The notes beneath the pieces were generated by a model that saw only the letters and a program-made list of their open reading frames with translations, was not told where the DNA came from and ran no database searches. Shown piece by piece: positions 1-10,038 of a DNA stretch of 64,000 nucleotides (positions are counted from its first letter, which is position 1; every line of letters starts with the position of its first letter). Source of the DNA: Thermodesulfobacteriota bacterium (lineage in GTDB: Bacteria; Desulfobacterota; Desulfovibrionia; Desulfovibrionales; Desulfohalobiaceae); the NCBI GenBank assembly GCA_051747685.1, contig JBNJGM010000001.1, positions 11,888-75,887 on the forward strand, given 5' to 3'. Both the position numbers and the translations under genes were made by a program.

Positions 1-282
1 GGTACAAATGACAATATGCTTGCAGTCGCAAGCATCTGCTGCTCCAAAGCCCATCGCTCTTGCCTTCCAACGAAAATCACGATACGTAGTTGCGCTTTTC
101 AGAGCCTGTCGTCTCAGTATGCGGCATTGGAGGATTCAGAGCAGAGCAAGCAAACTCTTAAACAACAGGACAAATCACGTGCGCCCTGCGCCGCACGTGG
201 ATACGCCTCCTGGCCTGCTCTGTTCAGCCGAGACGTGACGCGAATCGCCCCACGTTTCCCAATATCAATCACCAGGACAACA

Positions 283-522
283 ATGACGCCGAACCCCAGC
301 CAGCACGCAGTACATTTTGACCCCCCCATCACTGTATGGATTGAACCGGACAATGAATCCCAGGAATTTCCGCGCCTAAACACCGTCCAGCAACTTTTAA
401 ACCGCCTCGGCCTCGGCGTGAATGCCGCATTGATTATTCGCAACGGCACTCTCCTCACCCCGGACCGCAAACTCCAACCCGGCGACCATATTACCGTCCG
501 CCTAGTGACCTCCCAAGGGTGA
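283..522 (+). CDS. MoaD/ThiS-family ubiquitin-like sulfur carrier (TtuB-like), 79 aa
   Basis: ATG at 283 after AGGA. Beta-grasp-like pattern TVQQLLNRLGL..ALIIRNGTLL..LQPGDHITV. Lies 4 bp upstream of a TtuA-like gene. C-terminus is SQG rather than GG. Confidence 0.8.
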   Translation: MTPNPSQHAVHFDPPITVWIEPDNESQEFPRLNTVQQLLNRLGLGVNAALIIRNGTLLTPDRKLQPGDHITVRLVTSQG

Positions 523-526
523 TTTC

Positions 527-1426
527 ATGAAATGCAAACGCTGCAAAGACACCGCCGTGGTCGCTCTCCCCAGCCACCATACCGGCTTTTGCGCACCCTG
601 TTTTCTGCACTTTTTCCAGCGCCAAATCAAACGCGCCATCAAGGAAGAAAAGCTCCTGCGCCCGGACGACCGTATCCTTGTTGCGGTCAGCGGCGGCAAA
701 GATTCTCTGGCATTGCTCTGGCAATTACACGATCTTGGCTACACGGTTCACGGGCTGCACGTGGACCTCGGCATCTCCGAGGCATCAGAAACAGCCAAAA
801 CCACTATTTCCGCCTTTTGCCAACACTTTGCTATCCCGCTGCATGTCATTTCTACAACTGAAGCGGGCGTTGCCATTCCCGATCTTGCCCCGCGTATCGA
901 TCAACCCGTGTGCTCGTATTGCGGCAAGATAAAACGCCATTTCTTCAACAAATTTGCTGTAGAAAACGACTTTACCGTTTTAGCCACTGGACACAATCTG
1001 GATGACGAAGTCAGCCGACTCTTTGCCAATACATTGGGTTGGAAAACTGAATATTTGGCCAGTCAGGGGCCGGCCCTGCCTGCAGAGAATGGCTTTGTTC
1101 GCAAAGTCAAACCCTTATACCGCCATTCAGAGTTCGAAACAGCCGCGTTTTGCTTTTTACAAGGCATTGCCTACGTACAAGCCCCCTGCCCATACAGCCA
1201 GGGGGCCTCGTTCACCTTTTACAAAAAGCTGTTAAACGAACTGGAAGATCAGCAACCAGGTCGCAAGCTCTTTTTTTATCAAGAATTCCTGCGCCGGGCC
1301 AAAGGTTCATTCCAAAAGCAGGCGCCGCAGGACAAAGCGATCATCGCCTGTTCACGTTGCGGGGCCCCAACTACCGCAGGCGTATGCAGTGTATGCCGCT
1401 TGCGGGAAAAAATTGCCTCTACCTGA
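527..1426 (+). CDS. TtuA/Ncs6/TtcA-family tRNA 2-thiolation PP-loop ATPase
   Basis: N-terminal zinc finger (CKRC...CAPC), SGGKDS PP-loop, CSYC, GHNLDD, CPY, and C-terminal zinc finger (CSRC...CSVC). Confidence 0.9.
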   Translation: MKCKRCKDTAVVALPSHHTGFCAPCFLHFFQRQIKRAIKEEKLLRPDDRILVAVSGGKDSLALLWQLHDLGYTVHGLHVDLGISEASETAKTTISAFCQHFAIPLHVISTTEAGVAIPDLAPRIDQPVCSYCGKIKRHFFNKFAVENDFTVLATGHNLDDEVSRLFANTLGWKTEYLASQGPALPAENGFVRKVKPLYRHSEFETAAFCFLQGIAYVQAPCPYSQGASFTFYKKLLNELEDQQPGRKLFFYQEFLRRAKGSFQKQAPQDKAIIACSRCGAPTTAGVCSVCRLREKIAST

Positions 1427-1456
1427 TCCCAGCGTGCCCCCCTCAGGGGCTAGCTT

Positions 1457-2230
1457 TCATACACATCGCCTCCCTGTACCCTGGGAAGATGCCCTCGGCG
1501 GCTGTGCACAAAACCGACGTGTATCGGAGTCCCAAACCAAGTCCTCCCCACCATCCCAGCTCCCGGCCACGAGACCGGTTTCCGCTAAGCTATTTTGCAC
1601 CAGGGACAGCAAACAACGCCGGGAAACCTCCCTTCCGCCGAACCGGAGCATGTGCTGTGTGGTTTGCTGACAATCCAAACACACAAAGCCGCGTTGGCGA
1701 AGCACATGGATCAAAGCCACCAAAGCGATTTTGGACGCATTGGGGAGAGTATAGAACATAGATTCGCCGAAAAACACCCGTCCCAAGGCCACGCCGTAAA
1801 TTCCCCCCACCACTCTGCCCCCTTGCCACGCCTCCACAGAATGGGCATAGCCGAGATCATGCAGGCGGGTATAGGCCATAATCATCTCCGGAGTAAGCCA
1901 CGTCCCTTCGCCTTCAGGACGCGTGGCTCGGGCGCATCCGCGTATGACCTCGGCAAAGGCGCGATCGACGGTCACAGACACTTGGCCACGGTTCAATTCC
2001 CGGCACAGACTTTTGGGGATGTGCAATGTTTCGCAAAACAGCACCAAACGGGGATCAGGCGACCACCACAGCACAGGCGTTTCTTGGCTGTACCAGGGAA
2101 AAATGGTCCAGGCATAGGCTTTAAGTAACCGTTGCGGGTGCAGATCACCGCCCATGGCAAGTAACCCATCCTTTTCGGCCGCCTCCGGATGGGGAAAAGC
2201 AGGGTTCTCGTGTAATTGGAATATCTGCAT
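1457..2230 (-). CDS. aat: leucyl/phenylalanyl-tRNA--protein transferase
   Basis: GLLAMGGDL, FPWY, WWSPDPR, AHSVEAW and FFGESMF motifs; downstream of clpA. Confidence 0.95.
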   Translation of the reverse strand: MQIFQLHENPAFPHPEAAEKDGLLAMGGDLHPQRLLKAYAWTIFPWYSQETPVLWWSPDPRLVLFCETLHIPKSLCRELNRGQVSVTVDRAFAEVIRGCARATRPEGEGTWLTPEMIMAYTRLHDLGYAHSVEAWQGGRVVGGIYGVALGRVFFGESMFYTLPNASKIALVALIHVLRQRGFVCLDCQQTTQHMLRFGGREVSRRCLLSLVQNSLAETGLVAGSWDGGEDLVWDSDTRRFCAQPPRASSQGTGRRCV

Positions 2231-2319
2231 GGCTCTCGGCTTCTACGCGTTATATGTCTCGGTAACGCCAAAGGCTGTGAACAATCCGAACAGCCGCTTG
2301 GACGCTCACGTACAAACAA

Positions 2320-2361
2320 AAAAGCCGCCCATCCAAAGCAAAACTTTGGCGGACGGCTTTT
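2320..2361 (-). terminator. hairpin/terminator between clpA and aat
   Basis: Imperfect inverted repeat AAAAGCCG..CCAAAG / CTTTGG..CGGCTTTT with a T-run on the minus strand. Confidence 0.55.
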
Positions 2362-2380
2362 GGGCCTTGAAGACTCGTGG

Positions 2381-4624
2381 TTAGGAGCGTTCCTGAAAAC
2401 GCAACGTCAGCTGAGGCTGTTCTTCAGAGCCAGATTTTCGGGTTCCGATCACAACTTCTCCACCGTTTTGGAGTTTGCCAAACAACATCGCGTCCGCAAG
2501 CTTGTCCTTAATCTCGTCTTGGATCACCCGACCCAGCGGACGGGCTCCGTAGTCGGGGTCGTACCCTTTGTGGGCCAATACCGCTCGGGCTTTTGGTTGC
2601 ACATGAATGTGCACTCGTTTTTCAGCAAGCTGTGCGTTTAATTCAGCAATAAATTTATCAACGATTTGTTCCATCAATGCCTGACTCAAGGGATCGAAGG
2701 GCACAATGGCATCGAGCCGATTTCGGAATTCCGGACTGAACAAACGCTCTGCCGCCCGTACACCTTTATTGGTTTTTTCACCGGCCGCTTCCTGGCCGAA
2801 ACCGATGCTCTTGCTGCTCATCTCTCGAGCGCCAGCGTTGGAGGTCATAAGCAGGACCACATGGCGGAAGTCGGCCTTACGGCCGTTATTATCCGTCAAG
2901 GTCGCGTAGTCCATAACCTGCAGCAAAACATTGAACAAATCCGGATGGGCCTTTTCCACTTCGTCAAGCAACAAAACACAGTGCGGATGTTTGCGGACCG
3001 CATCGGTTAACAAACCGCCCTGGTCAAATCCGACATATCCCGGAGGTGCGCCGATAAGGCGCGCCACAGCGTGCTTTTCCATGTATTCGCTCATATCAAA
3101 ACGCATAAAATGCACGCCCATCACCTGGGAGAGCTGTTTGGCCAATTCAGTTTTGCCCACGCCTGTGGGACCGACGAGCAAAAAGTTGCCCACTGGCTTA
3201 CCAGCCTCCCGCAAGCCGGCCCGGGAGCGCTTGATAGACCGGCTGACCAGCGAAACGGCTTTGTCTTGGCCAAAGACCACATTTTTCAACTCAGTATCGA
3301 GGTGGGCCAGCCGTTCCTTATCCGAATGGCTAACGCTTTGGATCGGAACCTTAGCCACATTGGCCACAACCTTTTCGATATCCTTCGGCGTTACCCGCTT
3401 TCGCTTTTTCTTGCCCTTTTCCAAGCGGAACAATGCCCCGGCTTCGTCCACGGCATCAATGGCCTTATCCGGAAGATATTTGTCGGAAACATACCGTGCG
3501 GTGAGTTCCACGGCTGAGCGGATCGCCGCCGTGGTGTACTGCACCCCATGGTGTTTCTCGTAATACGGGCGCAACCCTTGCAAAATTGCCACAGAATCCG
3601 CTTCAGAGGGTTCCGGGACTTCAATTTTTTGAAAACGGCGGGACAGGGCCCTGTCCTTCTCAAAATGGTTTTTATATTCTTCATAGGTTGTGGACCCAAT
3701 ACACCGCAAATCCCCAGAAGCCAGCACCGGCTTCAAGATATTGGAGGCATCCATACTCCCGCCACTGGTGGCGCCGGCCCCTACGATCGTATGGATCTCA
3801 TCAATGAACAAAATGGCCTTATCCGTCTGGGTCAATTCTTTGATGACCGCTTTTAAGCGGGCTTCGAAATCCCCCCGGTATTTGCTGCCAGCCAGCAAGG
3901 CCCCCATATCCAAACTAAAGAGTCGAGAGTCTTCAAAGGATTCCGGGACCTCTTTATTCACGATATTCCGGGCTAATCCTTCAGCTAATGCGGTTTTGCC
4001 CACACCAGGATCTCCCACGTAAATGGGATTATTTTTCCGCCGCCGGGCCAAGACCTGGACGGTGCGTTGCAACTCCCCTTCGCGGCCGATCAGCGGATCG
4101 ATCAACCCATCCCGAGCGCGCTGCACTAGATCCACAGTATACTGTTCAAGGGCGGAGTTGCCCTTGCTCTCTGAACTGGTGCTCCCCGCGGCCTCCTGCT
4201 CTTGGCCGTGGGAAATATATTCCAACACATCAAGGCGCTCAACACCTTGGCTGCGCAGATAAAACGAGGCGTAGGAGTCTTCCTCTTCCAAAAGGGAGGC
4301 CAAAAGATCGCCAATGTGTACCGCCTCTTTCCCGGCTGACTGCATATGCATAATCGCCCGCTGCAACACGCGTTGCACGCTTAAGGTCTGAATAACTTCC
4401 CGAGATTGCCCGCTCGGATAGACCTCAAGATGGTTAACGAAAAATTGTTCGAGTTCAGTTTTGAGTTCTTGAATATTGGCCCCACAATTATTCAAAAACG
4501 TTTTCCCGTTGCCATCTTGCAAATACGCGTACAGTATATGTTCCAAAGTCAAAAATTCATGTTGTCGACGTTTAACTTCATGGACGGCTGAAGCAAATAT
4601 TCTTTCTAATTCCTTACTGAGCAT
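2381..4624 (-). CDS. clpA: ATP-dependent Clp protease ATP-binding subunit ClpA
   Basis: Two AAA+ modules ([16 protein letters not shown]), DMSEYMEKH, 747 aa without a ClpB middle domain, adjacent to clpS. Confidence 0.97.
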   Translation of the reverse strand: MLSKELERIFASAVHEVKRRQHEFLTLEHILYAYLQDGNGKTFLNNCGANIQELKTELEQFFVNHLEVYPSGQSREVIQTLSVQRVLQRAIMHMQSAGKEAVHIGDLLASLLEEEDSYASFYLRSQGVERLDVLEYISHGQEQEAAGSTSSESKGNSALEQYTVDLVQRARDGLIDPLIGREGELQRTVQVLARRRKNNPIYVGDPGVGKTALAEGLARNIVNKEVPESFEDSRLFSLDMGALLAGSKYRGDFEARLKAVIKELTQTDKAILFIDEIHTIVGAGATSGGSMDASNILKPVLASGDLRCIGSTTYEEYKNHFEKDRALSRRFQKIEVPEPSEADSVAILQGLRPYYEKHHGVQYTTAAIRSAVELTARYVSDKYLPDKAIDAVDEAGALFRLEKGKKKRKRVTPKDIEKVVANVAKVPIQSVSHSDKERLAHLDTELKNVVFGQDKAVSLVSRSIKRSRAGLREAGKPVGNFLLVGPTGVGKTELAKQLSQVMGVHFMRFDMSEYMEKHAVARLIGAPPGYVGFDQGGLLTDAVRKHPHCVLLLDEVEKAHPDLFNVLLQVMDYATLTDNNGRKADFRHVVLLMTSNAGAREMSSKSIGFGQEAAGEKTNKGVRAAERLFSPEFRNRLDAIVPFDPLSQALMEQIVDKFIAELNAQLAEKRVHIHVQPKARAVLAHKGYDPDYGARPLGRVIQDEIKDKLADAMLFGKLQNGGEVVIGTRKSGSEEQPQLTLRFQERS

Positions 4625-4625
4625 T

Positions 4626-4943
4626 TTACACCTCTTCCATTGTACACTTAAGAGGATAGCCGTGCTTGCGGGCCATTTGACTTACCATAGCCACTTTAGT
4701 TTCCGCAACTTCAGCGGTATAAATACCGCATACGCCTATACCATTTTTATGCACATTAAGCATAACCTGTGTGGCTTCCGCCTCAGATTTTTTAAATACA
4801 TCAATTAATACCTGAACTACAAATTCCATTGTCGTATAGTCATCATTGTGTAAAAGGACCTTATATTTTGTAGGCTCTTTAATAGCCGAGTCTTCACTTT
4901 TTTCCGGCACGATACGAGGATCGTTCTCTATACTCATAAACAA
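4626..4943 (-). CDS. clpS: Clp protease adaptor ClpS
   Basis: YKVLLHNDDYTTMEFV and YPLKCTMEE; start could alternatively be 4937. Confidence 0.96.
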   Translation of the reverse strand: MFMSIENDPRIVPEKSEDSAIKEPTKYKVLLHNDDYTTMEFVVQVLIDVFKKSEAEATQVMLNVHKNGIGVCGIYTAEVAETKVAMVSQMARKHGYPLKCTMEEV

Positions 4944-5548
4944 GACTCCACATTTCCGTTTTCGCAGGTCTGCAAATAATGAGACCGCTCCGGTTCCTTA
5001 AAAATAAAGGATATATAGCCATTCGAGCTGCCTTTTGCCCCAGCCCCAGGATTGAGTTCGTGATAACTCGCTGTTGTCGCGCTTTGCGGGTCCAAAGCGA
5101 AGTGCTGAGCACATTGGTCTATCGCCGCGGCATCTCCTTCAATTTCCACATAACGGCCGAACGGGACCCGATCTAAACAAAGAACACACGCTCCCCATTG
5201 CCATTTTGAACGTATTTTCTCATATTCAAGCACCGCGCGCAAACCCAATTGCTCCAGCAAATTAGCCATCTCCGCGGCTGATCCCACTTCGGTTTGCGTT
5301 TCTTGCCAGAGCTTTACACCTTGCGCGTTCGCGCCTTGTGGGGACGATTTGAGACAGATCACAGATTGCTTTCCGGTGCGCAATCGCAATAATTTCTGTT
5401 GGTGCCATAACGTTCTTTCCGGCCAGTCGTAAATCTGGTTGGACTCGAAATACTCGCCGAGCAATGTGGCGTGCTGTGTCGCGGCCAGTCGCCAGCGCAA
5501 GCCCTTTAAGTCCTGTACCGCATATTTGCGCTCAGACTCCAGCGCCAT
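4934..5548 (-). CDS. CYTH-domain protein (class IV adenylate cyclase-like / triphosphate tunnel enzyme)
   Basis: N-terminal ExExK (ESERK), LRLR, YEKIR, and LDRVPFGRYVEIEG. ATG at 5548 chosen over the ORF-track start at 5635. Confidence 0.85.
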   Translation of the reverse strand: MALESERKYAVQDLKGLRWRLAATQHATLLGEYFESNQIYDWPERTLWHQQKLLRLRTGKQSVICLKSSPQGANAQGVKLWQETQTEVGSAAEMANLLEQLGLRAVLEYEKIRSKWQWGACVLCLDRVPFGRYVEIEGDAAAIDQCAQHFALDPQSATTASYHELNPGAGAKGSSNGYISFIFKEPERSHYLQTCENGNVESCL

Positions 5549-5780
5549 ATCTCTTCGCCTTTGGATATCGTGTGGGGAAAGTGGATCTATGCGAGGTCCG
5601 CTCATGCCCCAGGCAAAGCCTGTCACATAGGCCAACTTCCCTGGGATCGGGCAGCAGACGCGTACACCAGCTTGCGCTTGAGCTCCAGCTAAGATCCATG
5701 CTTGCGGACTTCAATATGAAGGGGGGCATACCAGACGCCTGCTCATCCGTGGCCGGCCTACTGCGTATTTTCCTTTACTA

Positions 5781-5808
5781 AAAGTAGCCCTCAGGCAGAG
5801 GATGTCAA
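5781..5808 (-). promoter_or_regulatory. candidate sigma70 promoter of the CYTH-clpS-clpA-aat operon
   Basis: Minus strand reads TTGACA-N16-TACTTT. Confidence 0.45.
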
Positions 5809-6166
5809 TGGGAAACAACCGGGAAGGGCGCTGGAGCGCTTTTTGTGGGGTCTAGTTTAGAAGGACTGCTCACATAGGAGCAAGATTTCGAGAAAAAATC
5901 GTCGTGTGCCACGGGTCAAGGGCATTTACATTGGAAAAACGCTTTCGCCAACCCCCGAAGCCGCCCTGCCTCCTGGTGCAAAGCTTCTGGGGTGTGGGGT
6001 CGGAAACGGGCTTCTGCGCGAATTCCTGGAAAGTGTTTCCCTCTTACACCTGCCCGAAATCCGTACCCGCGGTTACGGGATTTTGAACACAGCCGAAAAA
6101 CACCCTGCGCCCGTGAGTGCTCACAAAAATTCGCCCCTCGCTGGAGCCTTTGAGCCCGCATCGGGG

Positions 6167-6787
6167 TTACCAAAAATAGAACAGCCCCGCTTGGAACGTT
6201 CCGATAAAAAAGCCCAACACGGCGCCCACCAATTCGATAAATTTGAATTCGTTTTGCATGATACGCATCAAAATCTGTTCCAATTTATCCATAGAAAAGG
6301 CCTCGATTTTGCCACGCACGAGATCTTTAAAATCCAAACGCTCTTCAAGCTCTTCAGCCGCGCTATCGATGATTTCTGGTATCAACCCGTCTATTTCAGC
6401 AATCAACAACGTTTTGATCTTTTCCAGCATCTGCCCATTGAGCACCATCCCGATCATGGGGTGGAGCCCAGTCAACTTTTCGCGCAAAAACATATCCACA
6501 TAGACGGCGATCGTGTCTCGAAACTTGGCATGCAGGGCTGGATCCTGCATGATATTGGTAATATCTTCATGGCTTATAAGCTCATTTTGGACCATCTCCC
6601 CAATATTATGCGCCAGCGCCTGCTGTCTTTTGGGAAACACCCCCTGAAAACGTACCCCCAGCACGTATATCGGCTTTTTGGGATAAAAAAGCATCTTTAC
6701 CGCGATATAATTGGTCAACCAACCGATAAAGGCGCACACGATCGGCGCAGCTATATACGGGACATATTCCATAAACGTTTTCACCAT
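6167..6787 (-). CDS. DUF445-family membrane protein
   Basis: IGWLTNYIAVKMLFYP, QGVFPKRQ, and C-terminal EFKFIELVGAVLGFFIG. Confidence 0.88.
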   Translation of the reverse strand: MVKTFMEYVPYIAAPIVCAFIGWLTNYIAVKMLFYPKKPIYVLGVRFQGVFPKRQQALAHNIGEMVQNELISHEDITNIMQDPALHAKFRDTIAVYVDMFLREKLTGLHPMIGMVLNGQMLEKIKTLLIAEIDGLIPEIIDSAAEELEERLDFKDLVRGKIEAFSMDKLEQILMRIMQNEFKFIELVGAVLGFFIGTFQAGLFYFW

Positions 6788-7173
6788 CCGCTAGCCCTCT
6801 GAAATCCGAGGGGTAATGAGTTCAACCCGACGCGTTGCCCTAAAACGGCACTTGTGCCCTATTGGGCCTAAATTTTTCAAAAACTGGCTTCCCGGCCCTG
6901 GCCTACAATCAGGGGCGCCAACCCACTGTTTTTTTGACAAGAAAGCATATTTTTTGCGAAATTTTCTTTTTATCCAAGAAAACCAGTCCACCAGCCTTTG
7001 GCTGGATACGAATCGTTGCTCGTTACCCGTAGCGTAGTCTGTGTTGATTTCACTACGCACCAGGACTATAGCAACAGCAAGACGCCCTCGGGACAATGCC
7101 TCGCTCCGGGGCTATTCGTTTCTGCCACTCCTTAGTGCTGCACACGAGCCACCGACGAACAAAAGGAATATCT

Positions 7174-8511
7174 ATGCTTTGTAGACAACTCACTTACACC
7201 ACTGAAAAAGATTGGGCGGCCATCCAAAACTGGCTCGCCCCGCGTACGGAGCCCGATACCTCTGTCGAGGGTCCGGTTCGGGAGATCCTGCAACAAGTAC
7301 GCACCCAAAAAGATGCCGCCCTGGTTGCCTATACCCAGCGCTTTGATTGTCCGGACTTTCAAGTCGATATGCTGGCTGTGCCGCAAAGCCAAATCGAGGG
7401 TGCTGTACAAGAAATCCCCACCGAGGACAAACGGATTATCGAAGAGGCCGCCGCCAACATCCGAGCCTATCACCAGCGGCAAAATGAAAATTCGTGGTTT
7501 GTCCCAGAAGCCGGAGGCACAATACTTGGCCAAATGGTACGCCCCGTGGACCGTGCAGGGCTCTATGTCCCTGGTGGCCAGGGTGGCAATACCCCGCTCC
7601 TGTCCAGTTTGCTCATGAACGCCATCCCGGCGCAAGTAGCCGGAGTTCCCGATATTTGCCTGGTCACTCCACCTCGCGATGACGGCAGTGTAAACCCGTA
7701 CATCCTCGCCACAGCCGGAATACTTGGCCTCCACCGTGTCTTTGCCGTGGGAAGCGCTTGGGCCATAGCGGCTCTGGCCTATGGAACGGAAACCATCCCT
7801 GAAGTCGATGTCATCGCTGGACCTGGCAATATTTTTGTAGCTACTGCCAAACGCTTACTGCAAGGGCAAATCGGCATTGACATGGTCGCTGGTCCTAGTG
7901 AAATCGCCATTGTAGCTGACCACAGCGCCTCCGCCTCCAGCGTGGCAGCAGATATGCTTTCCCAGGCTGAACACGATCCATTGGCCTCAAGCATTTTGAT
8001 TACCGACTCGGACTCCCTGCTGCGCCAAACGCAGAGTGAACTCGAACGCCAACTCGCAGAACTGCCCCGGAACAGCATTGCCCGCGAATCATTGCAAGAA
8101 TGGGGGGCTTGCATTCAGGTGCCGGATATTGCCACCGGCTTGCAACTCGCCAACCGCCTTGCCCCGGAACACTTAGAACTATGCTTGGAAACCCCGTGGC
8201 AATGGCTTGAGGCCGTCCGCCATGCAGGAGCTGTCTTTCTTGGGCATTGTACACCGGAACCGGTAGGCGATTATTTCGCCGGTCCTAACCACGTTTTGCC
8301 GACCATCGGGACCGCCCGCTTTAGTTCAGCGCTTTCAGTGCAAAACTTCACCAAAAAAACGAGCCTCATCGCCACCTCCGCGGAATATATCCAGACCCAC
8401 GGCGCCAAAATAGCTCGCTTGGCCCGTTTAGAAGGCCTGGAGGCCCATGCCCGCAGCGTTGAAACCCGTTATCTCCAAAGCTACACAAAAAACCGGGATA
8501 CGGTCCTCTGA
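7174..8511 (+). CDS. hisD: histidinol dehydrogenase
   Basis: GLYVPGG, GPGNIFV, AGPSE, LSQAEHD, APEHLE and GDYFAGPNHVLPT motifs; AGGA RBS before ATG 7174. Confidence 0.96.
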   Translation: MLCRQLTYTTEKDWAAIQNWLAPRTEPDTSVEGPVREILQQVRTQKDAALVAYTQRFDCPDFQVDMLAVPQSQIEGAVQEIPTEDKRIIEEAAANIRAYHQRQNENSWFVPEAGGTILGQMVRPVDRAGLYVPGGQGGNTPLLSSLLMNAIPAQVAGVPDICLVTPPRDDGSVNPYILATAGILGLHRVFAVGSAWAIAALAYGTETIPEVDVIAGPGNIFVATAKRLLQGQIGIDMVAGPSEIAIVADHSASASSVAADMLSQAEHDPLASSILITDSDSLLRQTQSELERQLAELPRNSIARESLQEWGACIQVPDIATGLQLANRLAPEHLELCLETPWQWLEAVRHAGAVFLGHCTPEPVGDYFAGPNHVLPTIGTARFSSALSVQNFTKKTSLIATSAEYIQTHGAKIARLARLEGLEAHARSVETRYLQSYTKNRDTVL

Positions 8512-8887
8512 GTGAACCTCCCTCCCAAACCAAAAATTAAAAACGGAACGTTGCGGCACCAACGTGGTGCACGCCCGAGAGCCATAACCCAGGCCTCAAA
8601 CCTGCTAATCCATTCCCTGCCTTGCCTCGAATCGGCTGGACAAGGCAGGGAATGGCTCCATACTCACAGCCCTCCCCTTCTTTGCCCAGCTCCGAGCGAT
8701 CCCGGCCCGCAAATTCTCTGGCCACACTTTTCTCGGCCTCGAAAGGCTCCCTCAATGAGCCCCAACGCCTTGCTGTATTTGTGAAATTGCGCGCAATATC
8801 GAGCGCTTGACCTTTAGTGCACTGGGGTCTAGATGTCACTCAAAGTAAGACTAACACACGTAACCCTGACCGCTGTGGGGCCGTCCA

Positions 8888-9775
8888 ATGGCCTTGTTTG
8901 ATACCTTTTTTACTCCTGCACGCCGCACTTTTTTATGGCACAGCCTGGAGCTTGCCTTTGCCGAAGATGGGCGCGACTTGACCTCTGAAGCTGTCTTTGG
9001 CCCGGAAGAAACGACTCAAGCAGAGATTGTGGCCAAAGAGCAGGGCATCCTGGCAGGGATTCCGCTTATCGAAATGGTGCTGCACTACACCGCGCCTGCC
9101 GAGGTCCCCACGTGGGACATAACAATACTCCAACCGGAAGGAGCGTGGCTTTCCCCCGGGCAAACCGTGGCCCGCCTCACGGGGCAAACCCGCCACCTTT
9201 TGCGAACCGAACGGGTTATTTTGAACTTTATCTGCCACCTTTGTGGCATCGCCACCGTAACAAACCGGTATGTTCAACAATTAGGCGCCAGCCACACGCA
9301 ACTCCTCGACACGCGGAAAACCCTTCCTGGCCTGCGATTCCTCGAAAAATATGCCGTGCGCATCGGGGGCGGCGTGAACCACCGTATGGACCTTGAAGAA
9401 ATGCTTATGCTCAAAGACAATCATATCGACAGCGCTGGAGGGATCCCCAACGCGGTACGCAAGATTCGGGCGCGCTACACCCCATGCCCGCCTATTGAGG
9501 TGGAATGTCGGAGTCTAGCGGAGGTTCACGAGGCCGTTGCCGCGCAGGTGGACAGAATCATGCTGGACAATATGCCTCTTCCCGAACTTCAAAAAGCGTT
9601 GCAGCATATCCCTGCGGGAATTGAAAGTGAACTCAGTGGCGGGGTGGAAGAAAGTACCATCGCTGCCTTGGCGACTTGCGGCGCCGATTTTATCTCTGTT
9701 GGCCGCTTAACCCATTCCGCGCCAGCTCTGGACCTGAGCATGCGGTTTTCGCCTGTCCCGGGCAATGCGCGTTGA
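8888..9775 (+). CDS. nadC: quinolinate phosphoribosyltransferase
   Basis: LDTRKTLPGLR, NHR, LKDNH, IEVE, IMLDN and ALDLSM motifs. Confidence 0.96.
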   Translation: MALFDTFFTPARRTFLWHSLELAFAEDGRDLTSEAVFGPEETTQAEIVAKEQGILAGIPLIEMVLHYTAPAEVPTWDITILQPEGAWLSPGQTVARLTGQTRHLLRTERVILNFICHLCGIATVTNRYVQQLGASHTQLLDTRKTLPGLRFLEKYAVRIGGGVNHRMDLEEMLMLKDNHIDSAGGIPNAVRKIRARYTPCPPIEVECRSLAEVHEAVAAQVDRIMLDNMPLPELQKALQHIPAGIESELSGGVEESTIAALATCGADFISVGRLTHSAPALDLSMRFSPVPGNAR

Positions 9776-10038
9776 AAAATCTCAACCGAGATTCTTGACC
9801 CCGAATCCAGAACTTTCACCGGCCTGTAAAGAGAGCGCAGGACTTGCCCTGCGCACAGCCCCACGTGCGTAGACAACGGCATTACTTCCTACAGGCGTCG
9901 CGAGGGGGACATACCGTGCTTGTGATCGAAGAATTCGGGATCAAAAATCCAGATAAAAAACCTACGAACGCGGTCTTTTCGTTGCCCCCCACAGGCGGAC
10001 AACCTCTCCCACAAACCTCAGCTTGAAAGTGATACTCC

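Noticed and set aside
1-282. ORFs 8-238 and the 5' extension of 16-522
   Set aside because: No recognisable protein signal; the true start is most likely 283.
5906-6802. 298-aa plus-strand ORF
   Set aside because: It is the antisense shadow of the DUF445 gene.
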